A stretch of DNA of 64,000 nt from Eledone cirrhosa (Eukaryota), in contig OZ024755.1 in the NCBI GenBank assembly GCA_964016885.1, positions 31,124,001 through 31,188,000 on the forward strand, given 5' to 3'. Position numbers and translations under genes: made by a program. The first letter of the stretch is position 1, and each line of letters starts with the position of its first letter. Below the pieces are notes generated by a model. That model did no database searches. It was not told the DNA's origin and saw only the letters and a list, made by a program, of their open reading frames with translations. Shown in pieces: positions 51,950-61,700 of this stretch.

Positions 51950-52575
51950 AATATATTTATGATATCTACTTAATGAATCCTCCATTAGCTTCAATATGAG
52001 GTCTGAACTTCTGGCATGTCTGAATCAGATGATTTCTATCAATACTGGATATTGTGCTGGTAATAGCGGACTTGAGAGATTCTATAGTGTTATGAGTGTC
52101 ATGATTGACCCCTCTTTCAACTATGCCCTATACATACTAGTTCAGGGGATTAAAGTTTGGTGAGCTAGGAGGTCATGTGTCTGGAAGAACATGGTCATGG
52201 AGATTGTCACACAACTATGTTTTTGTTGTTTTGTCTTTATCAGAGGATTTCACAACCATCTCCGACACCTCCAGCAGCAGCATTGTCTCTTAAGCATTGA
52301 GAAAATAAAATGAAGAAGCATGGCATCTCCCTTGTTGCTGATGACACTCAGAACCATCACAGCCACTGGAAATTTGGTGTACATGACCATTGGAACCTCA
52401 TTTAGGTCTTTGCATAGACATCTGCCGTTCCTTTGGTTTATCTTTTTGTTCTGATCAAAGTTTTTCTCATCAGAAAAGAACCAAAGTATTCCAGCTTCTT
52501 GATGTTTTAGCTTATTCAGCTCCTCTGCTTCACCACATACAAACCTTCGCCTGTAATCCTGTCTTTTGTGCACCT
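51950..52575 (-). mobile_element. Decayed Tc1/mariner-superfamily transposase (DD37D/maT-like)
   Basis: WFFSDEKNF...KINQRN...TKFPVAVMV, plus PPSSPNFNPLN (like WPPSSPDLNPLD) at about 52140-52175. Confidence 0.7.
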
Positions 52576-52589
52576 ATAGCTTACATTTT

Positions 52590-53750
52590 TTAAATAAGAT
52601 GGAATTTCTGCCTACACATTTCTTGCATACTGAACAAGGTAATTTTCCTGAAGGAATCTAGGTCCTGTTTTATTTTTACTTACTAGGTCATTGCTAGGTT
52701 GACTCTGGGGCCTTTTGATTCCACATTTTGTATGGAATTTCTTCTCTAATTCTGCAGTAGTTTAAGTACCATGTTTCCCCCATTATAAGCCACCCCCGAA
52801 AATAAGCTGTAGTACTATATTTCAGGATGGATTTAATATAAGCCGTAGCAAAAATGAGCGCCAAAAGAAAGAAATGGCCAGCTATGAAAATTGGTGCAGT
52901 CAGCGATTATAGAACAGGATTGTATCTTAATGTAAAACTAACTGATAAGCGGGTGTATAAGAAGTTTGTGGAATGTGCAGAAATGAAAAAATTGATAATG
53001 AAATTAACGAAAAGAAAGGGGGAAGTGCGTGCAATCAATATTGTTTATGCAAATGCGGGTACAAACTGGAAGTAGTGGCTTATCAGTAAATTCAGGGAAG
53101 AAGATCAAGATGAAAGGAAGCAAGAGTTATACAAGAAAGGAATTGTGGAGGAATCACTGGGCAAGAATCTTACTATTTTCTGCAAAGAAAAAGAATCTGG
53201 ATCTCCGAATGGTTCGAAGATGAAACATTTGCCCTTACAAATGCACTAGAGTTTGGTATAGTTCCAGAAGAATTCAAAGCATCCAAACACTGGCTGGATA
53301 ATTTCCTCCAGCGACACAAATTGTCTCTGAGAAGATCGACAACACTGTTCAAACTGGATGATACTGAGATTATTAAACGTTGCGCGTAAATGCCGATTGT
53401 TTTTTTGTAATTTCCAATCATTTAGTGAATTTGTAATTTTCAGTTTCGTAGTGTTATTTTTTCGGTATATGAACCCCCTCCCCCGAAAATAAGCCGTAGT
53501 GGTACATTTCGGAGTAAAAATTAATATAAGCCATAGCTTATAATCGGGGAAACACGGTAGTAGAAGTATGAAGAGGAGATCATTGGCATATAGGAGTTCC
53601 AATGGGCAGTCTTAAGCTTCACTGTTATGACCTGAAGGACAATAATAAACAGGAGGGGGCTGAGGACAGAACCTTGGTGGATCCTCACCACCTGCACACT
53701 AAATTTGTCACTATTGACTCTAACCTGACTGTACTTCTTCTGTACATGGC
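52590..53750 (-). mobile_element. Decayed RTE RT fragment split by a pogo insertion
   Basis: CPLELLYANDL lies right of the pogo element, and ELEKKF...CSVCKKCVGRNSIL lies left of it. Confidence 0.65.
52769..53557 (+). mobile_element. Internally deleted pogo/Tigger-family DNA transposon
   Basis: TIRs ccatgtttcccccattataagc / gcttataatcggggaaacacgg with TA on both sides. Contains a CENP-B-type HTH remnant, FKASKHWLDNFLQRHKLSLRR, at about 53275-53340. Confidence 0.85.
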
Positions 53751-54494
53751 ATGCCTCCCCAGGTAGTTATCTACGCATCGCTGTGAATTGAACTCACACC
53801 CCCATGATTGTATGCTCACTGCTATAATCACTAATGCAAGTGTCTTCACATAAGTATATTATTAGTATCATAAATGAAAGTATATATGAGGCTAGCAGCC
53901 ACTCGAATTGTTCTGTATCGGCATGAATCAGATTGGAGATAAAACAGTAAGAAAGAATACATCTCCAACAGAACTGCCATCTATCTATTCAGCGTGTTTT
54001 ACTTATAGCTTTCAGTGATGCTACAGCGGGTTATCTAGCTATCTATATTATATATAGTTTATTGTTATTTATTAATGTTAAAGTTATTTTTATGTAAAAC
54101 CCCCGCTGTCACATCTTGTAATGTCCCAATTTTTGTGGCAAATAAAGAAAGATATCTATGTAACTATCTGTCTATCTATCTATCTCTCTCTCTCTCCTGG
54201 AGTTGAGGGTTGTTCTATCGACGGGGTATTAAACAACCCATTTGTGGCGCCTCCCCCCTATTGGGGATTTCGATTGTTGTAATTGTTTGTTTTTATATTT
54301 TTTATACGACTGTATGTAAAATCCCCGGCATGTCTTTGTATTGTCCCCTTTTCTTGTGCGCCCTTGTGGCTAATAAAGAAATATATCTATCTACCTCTCC
54401 TATTGACGTAATATAAACTTTAAAGAAGCTATATAGTTTGCTTCTTTAAAGTTTCTGCAACAACATTGGCAGCCTTCCAACACACACACATATA

Positions 54495-54888
54495 CGAGGG
54501 CAATCCCAAAAGTAAGGTCTCCTTCCGATATTGCAACTTTTCCGTTAAAATCCTGTGGATGGTGCTTCGGAAAACCTCAGGAAACAAAATGCAGAGAGCA
54601 TCCAGAGTGATCCTCCGATCTTTACGCATGTTTTCCTCGGAAGGAGACCTTACTTTTGGGATTGCCCTCGTATATAATAACTGCGCGAAATTCGCACTTG
54701 GTGGTAGCGTTCAATGGGAGCTCCATTCTCAACGGCTGCCAAGCCAAGATTGAGCATCCCTGCGAAGCGCGCGCATGCTTGTTTGGGAGTGAAGGAAGCA
54801 CCAATCACAACAGTGTTGCCAACAGCCGTACGAACAGTTTCTCTGCGTCCCCATTGCTTTGGAGACCTTACTTTTGGGATTACCCTTG
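54495..54888 (-). mobile_element. Rearranged mariner remnant with three 28-bp TIR copies
   Basis: TIR cgagggcaatcccaaaagtaaggtctcc at 54495-54522, and inverted at 54643-54670 and 54861-54888, each abutting TA. Transposase remnants KCEFRAVI and RKDRRIT...STIHRILTEKLQYRK. Confidence 0.85.
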
Positions 54889-54919
54889 TATATATACATA
54901 CATATATATATATATACAT

Positions 54920-54951
<32 letters not shown>

Positions 54952-55564
54952 TCATAGTGAAAAAAATGACATTTCTCAAGCACAATTTGCTGTTGCTATA
55001 TCTTACATCACAGTACATCACCTTTGGGGAGACTCCATGGTGTCGTTTGAACAATTTTGTTTTTACTATTTAATCAGGGAAATGAAGGAATCAGTGTTAG
55101 TGGCTAGGGTGATCGGCTCATGAATGTAATGCTGTAAGTTTGAGTTTTGGTGGTACAATTTGCCCTTGAGGAAGACACTTTATTTCACATTGCTTCAGTC
55201 AACTGGCAAAAATGACCCTTGTCACATATTGTGTCTCACCAGATCTCCTTGAGAATTATGTAAAGGATTAGCAGGCAATTCAGAGGAAAGTAAAGCATTG
55301 TTTGTTACAGACATAGTTACATCTTAAACACGATGGCTTATATTCATTTACGTTTGGGGAATATAGCCTTGACCAAGAGCAGTCTGGGTGTTTCCATTCT
55401 TAATCATAAAACCCTCTCTTAGGTCACCAATGATGACTAAATCCCTGCACATCTTCTCCTCTCTCATGCTCCCAACAAGAGGCCCCTTTGCCCCCCCCCC
55501 CCCATCCCGTGATTCCGATTAAAGTAAGATATTATTATATATTTATCTACAGAGAGAGAAAGTT

Positions 55565-55608
<44 letters not shown>

Positions 55609-55883
55609 ATGATGTTAAATAAATGGAAACTATATTTATAAAACCATATTTATTCTATTATATATATTTCAAGGGTACCAAAACTTTGGTATGCTTTCAT
55701 CAGATAAAATACAAAGTTTGTTTTATAAATTTTGACATAACCAGGAAAAGATACCTTAACGGTTAAGTTTTTCTTGGATATCATTGAATATTATACTCCA
55801 GAAAACCTGTCAAGTGCTCTGAATCAGTTATATATTTGTTGAATTACCAACAAATTGAATATCCCTTTTGCTTATATATATAT

Positions 55884-56206
55884 ATGGCTTAGTGGTTAGA
55901 GCATTGGCCTTGCAGTCGAAAGGTTGTGAGTTCAATTCTCAGATCGGGTGATGTGTTGTTTCCTTAAGCAAGACACTTTATTTCACATTGCTCCAGTTTA
56001 CTCAGCTGTAGAAATGAGATGATAGGGACTGGGGTCCCTATCATTCCACTGCAAAGTGGTCGTAGAGGTGCCACGGCAAAAAAGCACCTAGAGGTTGGTG
56101 TTAGGAAGGGCATCCAGCTGTAGAAATCAAGCCAGAATCAGTCCCACCCTTGCAAGCAGGGAAAAAGCGGACGTAAAATGAAATGATGATGATGATGATG
56201 ATGATG
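55884..56206 (+). mobile_element. CORE-like SINE with RTE tail and (TGA)n end
   Basis: Close copy of 51554-51880. Confidence 0.85.
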
Positions 56207-56253
56207 GTTGATGGGTGAGGGCAAAGAGTACTCAATACCGAATTATAATTTAA

Positions 56254-56357
56254 ATATTCATTTTATTAAGGCTAAATAGTCTTATTACTCTGGAGTTTAT
56301 AAACAGATGAACTCCAGAATAACAAGACTCACTATTTAGCCTTAATAAAATGAATAT
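56254..56357. repeat. About 100-nt hairpin / short inverted repeat
   Basis: atattcattttattaaggctaaatagt ... actatttagccttaataaaatgaatat, with inner stem tctggagtt/aactccaga. Confidence 0.85.
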
Positions 56358-56362
56358 ACATA

Positions 56363-56394
<32 letters not shown>

Positions 56395-56406
56395 GTATAT
56401 ATATAA

Positions 56407-57245
56407 TCATCATCGTTTTTAAGTCTGCTTTTCTATGCTAGAATGGGTTGGACAGGTCCTTCTCAGCACGGCACCTTTCCACTTGTCATGGTCCTTCATC
56501 ATCTCCTCTGCTAGTCTTAGTCGTTCTCAACTGCGGCTTCCCTCCACTGGAATTTCCTGGCATTTCTTCACCCATCAGTCATTGTCTATGCGCTTCACAT
56601 GTCCATACCAATGCAGTCTTCTCTCCTGTACACCATCTTGGATTCCCCTTAAAACCAGTTTCTCTCTCAACTCGTCCAAGTTCTGCCTTTCTTTTACATT
56701 TACATTGCACATCCAACGAAACATGGTTGCTTCACTTCTCTCGAATCTACACGTCTTCTGCAGTCACAGCCTATGTAGCACCACATGTCCTCTGCAGTCA
56801 CAGCCCATGTTTCACTACCATGTAGCACCACATGTCCTCTGCAGTCACAGTCTATGTGTTACTACCATACTACCATGCACTTTTCTGCATATGGAGCATT
56901 GCCACTTTCCCAAGGGAAACCATTGCTAACCCTAACTTTGCTGACTGCTCCCCTATACATGGCTTGTACAGCTTTCACAAGCCATTCATTTACTCCTAGT
57001 TTTCTAAGAGCCCACCAGATTATAGTACGGGGGACTCTGTCGAAGGCTTTTTCCAGATCAACAAATGCCAGGTAGACCGGCTTACCTTTAGCTAGGTACT
57101 TTTCCTGTAACTGCCTCACAAGGAAGAGGGCATCAGTAGTGCCTTTTCCTGGCACAAACCCAAATTGCATCTCATCTAGTTTTACCTGGTCCCTAATCAA
57201 CTCTGCTCTAACTCTTTCTGTTACTTTCATGACCTTGTCCATCAG
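56407..57245 (-). mobile_element. Internally deleted RTE fragment (RT N-terminal part joined to the C-terminus)
   Basis: ORF 56862-57242 (QFGFVPGKGTTDALF, DLEKAFDRVPR) is followed by LHGSETW...RWYGHV-like remnants and a gatgatga tail at about 56407. Confidence 0.85.
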
Positions 57246-57249
57246 CTAG

Positions 57250-57465
57250 GTGAAGAAGTGCCAAGTAATGTCAGTGGAAGGAAGACGCAGTAGAGGAAGA
57301 CCACGATAAACATGGTCAGAGGTGGTGAGAGCTGACCTCAGATCGCTGAAGGTCACAGAGGAGATGACGAAGGACCGTGACAAATGGAGAGATGCTGTGT
57401 TGAAGAGGACATGTCCCACCCTTGCAAGCAGGGAAAAGCAGACGTAAAATGAGGATGATGATGAT
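57250..57465 (+). mobile_element. RTE 3'-terminal fragment in the opposite orientation
   Basis: Encodes VKKC...RGRPR*TWSEVV, followed by cccacccttgcaagcagggaaaagcagacgtaaaatga and (tga)n. Confidence 0.8.
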
Positions 57466-57594
57466 ATATATATATAGGTAGATAGGGAGTTATAGATAGA
57501 TAGGAGTTTAAACAAGTAAGACTATTGTTCAACTAAGTAGTCAAAATATTCGAGGAAGTAGAGCGGAGGCATTGTAAAGATTTACTGATGGCTG

Positions 57595-57745
57595 AGCTCT
57601 TTATTATATACTAGCTGGTCCCATGCCGACGGTTGAGATCTTTATTATATACTAGGTGACCCCATGCAATAAAAATGATGGCTAAGTGTAGTATTTTATA
57701 TACAAAAAGGATACAAAACCAAAGTTTTAATTTAATAATTTTTTT
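57595..57745. repeat. Unclassified dispersed repeat, possibly a non-autonomous Helitron-like end. A related sequence is at 63925-64000.
   Basis: Duplicated tctttattatatactag. The 57665-57740 segment resembles 63930-64000. Confidence 0.35.
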
Positions 57746-58244
57746 ATTACAAATATTTTTGTGGAAAAACTATCCACATCAAAATAAATAATCAAGATAT
57801 CTTGGTGTGCATATATATATATATGTTTACATTTGTATGTATGAGTATATATATATGTATGAATATATATATATAAACACGCATACACTCATGCAAGTAT
57901 AAATATATTCCCACAAACGCACATACACTCTCACAAGCAGGGTTGGATTTAACCGTTTGTGGGGTCAAAGCACTTCAGGTTTGGGGGTGCACCTCATACA
58001 CAAAAAACTAGAATACACAGCCCCCCCCCCCCCCCCCCCCCCCCCCAGATTTTACATATCAAAGTTAGCTTGGCACAACTAATTGGAAATGAAATACGGG
58101 CATTAAATTTCTTACCATCCTAAAACTAAAAAGCCCAGCTGAGGGCACCAATAAATTGCTATGCCTGTCATTGGTGGGGCCTCTCATTGCAGGGGGCCTC
58201 CCACTAACCCCCCCCCCCCCTGTTAAGTCTGCTCCTGCTCACAA

Positions 58245-58792
58245 TAATGGTTTCTCATTTAGGCCAACAGTTTTGGAGGAAGAGGAAAGTTGATTAAATT
58301 GACCTCAGTGCATGACTGGTACTTTATTTTATCGACCTCAAAAGGATGAAAGGCAAAGTTGACCTCGCTGGGATTTGAACTGAGAGAGCAAATAATGGTT
58401 TCTTATATAGGCACAAGGCCAGCAATTTGGGGCGAGGGGGAAGTCAATTAAATCGACCCCAGTGTGTGACTGGTACTTTATTTTATCGACCCCGTAAGGA
58501 AGAAAGGCAAAGTTAACTTCGGCGGGATTTGAACTCAGATCATAAAGGGCCGTAACTCTATGTTGCAAAGCATGGCGCCTGACCCTCTACCGGTACTGCC
58601 AATCCACCGCTCTACTGAGAGAGCAAATAATTGTTTCTACTTTAGGCACAAAGCCAGCAATTACCCAGTGCATTACTGGTACTTTATTTTATCGACCCCA
58701 TAACGATGAAAGGCAAAGTCAACCTCGGCGGGATTTGAACTCAGATCGTAAAGGGACGTAACTATGCTGGAAAGCATGGCGTCCGACCCTCT
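58245..58792 (-). mobile_element. Stack of three Meta-domain-like tRNA SINEs
   Basis: Three successive copies of ggtttc..taggcacaaggccagcaa...gtactttattttatcgacc...ggatttgaact. The middle copy is flanked by an 18-bp direct repeat. Confidence 0.85.
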
Positions 58793-61700
58793 CATCATCA
58801 TCATCATCAGGTTTAGCGTCCGTGTTCCACGCTTGCATGGGTTTGGACGGGGGTTTTCCCACTTGAGGCAAGAGTGGTTGTCTTGCTCGCATAGGACTGT
58901 CTGGCGGGTTTTCTACAGTTGGATGCCCTTCCTAACACCAACCACATTTACAGTGTGGGGCTGGGAGGTTTTTACCGTGTTGCCTACACGGCCACATTAC
59001 AGCGTGGACTGTCTGGCGGGTTTTCTACAGCTGGATGCCCTTCCTAACACCAACCACATTTACAGTGTGGGGCTGGGAGGTTTTTACCGTGTTGCCTACA
59101 CGGCCACATTTACAGCGTGGACTGTGTGTTTTTTGTCGTGACACCTACACGATCTCATTTGTTTCGGCCTGGATGTTGTGGGACCAACATAACTTTACAT
59201 TGAAAGGGGCGGTGTGGGTGGGGTGGAGGTAGTGGGACGGGGGTGTGTTTTGATAGAGATGCCTACTGACTGTAGTAGGTTTTTACTTTGTATTTAGGTA
59301 AGGCGGGTCTTCTCTATTACTGAGTACCGCCAAAGGTCTCGGTCCAGTGACATTGTCTTGGAGAGGTGTAAGCGTGTGAGGTCGGAATTTATCAGCTCGT
59401 CCCATGTTTTTCTGGGTCTGCCTACTCCGTGGCTACCGTCTATCTTTATTGCCCTGCACTTTGTTATACAGCTGTCGTCTTTCATGCGCATCACGTGACC
59501 GTACCAACGTAGCCTTCTCTCGAGTAAACAACATCTGATCCCTCTTATTTCTAATTTTTTCCTTAGTTCGTTTATGCTTTGCCGTTCACGTATATTACTA
59601 TTGCACATCCAGCGGAGCATGCAAGCTTCGTTCCTCTCTAGTCTGCGTATATCCTCTGCACACAATGCCCAGGTCTCACTGCCATGCAGCATTGCTGTTC
59701 GTATGCAGGCATCGTATAACCTGCCTTTCATTTTTAGGGAGAACCCTCTAGCGGCTAATAGTGGTATAAGCTCTCTGAACTTTTTCCATCCAGTTCTGAC
59801 TCTAGCTACTGTACTTTCAGAGCACCCTCCCCCACTGCTGATTTTGTCACCCAGATAACGGAAGCTGTCCACTATTTCTATAGAACCCTCTGCGCAGTTG
59901 AAGGAGCTAGTATTTTGTGGGCACTTGCTGCTACTTATTGCACCAGAGCACCGGCCACATGTAAAATCTATGTTCTTAGTTAGCTTACCTGTGATCCCAC
60001 TACATCTTTTATGCACCCATACTTTGCATTTGGGACATAAAATGGAGTTTCTACCAACGCCTTTCCTACACACTGAGCATGGCCATTTCCCCGATGGGAC
60101 CGCCGCCTTATTTTCTTTCCTACAAACTAGAACTTTAGTCTTAGCCAGGTTAATTTTAAGGCCTTTTGATTCTAGGCCGTGCTTCCACGTTTGGAATTTC
60201 TTCTCTAGTTCGGTCATTGATTCAGCTATGAGCGTTAGATCATCTGCGTATAGGAGTTCCCATGGGCAGCCGGTCTTGAACTCCTCTGTTATAGCCTGAA
60301 GGGCAATAATAAATAGTAGGGGGCTAAGTACAGAGCCCTGATGGACACCAACTTTTACGCTAAACTCTTCACTATATTCGTTGTTAATTCTAACCTTACT
60401 GACTGTTTCTTTATACATGGCTTGTATAGCTCTCACAAGCCATTCGTCAACACCTAGTTTTCTAAGAGACCACCAGATAATGGAACGGGGGACTCTGTTG
60501 AAGGCTTTCTCCAAGTCGACAAAAGCTAAGTATAGGGGTTTACTTTTAGCTAGGTACTTCTCCTGTAGTTGTCGTACAATGAAAAGAGCGTCTGTGGTAC
60601 TTTTGCCTGACACAAACCCGAACTGCATTTCATCTAGATCAATTCTCTCTCTGATTAGTTGCGCTATTACTTTTTCCGTGACCTTCATGACCTGGTCGAT
60701 TAATTTAATGCCTCTATAGTTACTCCTATCTAGGGCATCTCCTTTTCCCTTATAGCAGTTAACGATGATGCTGCTACGCCATTCCTTCGGAACAACCCCA
60801 TTCTGTACGACTTGGTTAACTATCCGGGTGACCATGGTGTGTCCCACCGAACCAGATGCCTTCAGCATCTCAGCAACTATTTCCGAAGGCCCAGCCGCCT
60901 TACCCGTCTTCATATCTTTGATTGCCTTACTTATTATACTACCTTCAACTAACACTGCTGGTCCCTCTATTGGATCGATCTGGGGGAGACTGTCTTTCTC
61001 CCATTTGTTCTCCTCATTTAGAAGCCTTTCGTAGTGACACTTCCAAGCTACCTTCTTATCAGCGTCGGTGATGGCAAGTATGCCATCATCGTTAAGTACA
61101 CACTTCTCCCCGACAATATCACGGTTTTCCTTGACACATTGCCTGGCAATCCTGAACACCTCACGTTTTTGGTCCTCACGTTGTAGAACATGCTTGAACT
61201 TTCTTTCCTCTGCTTCCCTTCTTGCGAAGTACACTTGTCTCCTAGCTTCCCTCCTGGCCACTTGATAGTCTTCTCTACTTCCCCCATCCCGCCATACTTT
61301 CCAAGCCTGCTTTTTGGCCTTAATTGACTCCTCCACCTTACTGTTCCACCACCATGTTACTCTCCTCCTACCTACAGGCCTGCTCCAGCCACAGACTTCG
61401 TCTGCCGCCGTCAGCAGGTTTGCTCTCAGGAATTCCCACTGTTCCTCTATATTATACGACTCTAATTGCTCTTCCTTACTGTCGAAAGCGTCAAGTAATT
61501 TGCTTTGAAATTTATTTCTGGCTATGGGGTCCTTTAGCTTCCATATTTTTCTCCTGAGGATAGTCCTCTTCCGCTGTCTAGTACGTCTCGTCCTGACTAT
61601 GAGGTCGCTAATTATCAGTCTATGTTGGGAGGTGAATTCTTCATGGGGGTGGGATTTAGTGTTAACAACAGACACTCTGTCACGTCTTCTGGTAAGGATA

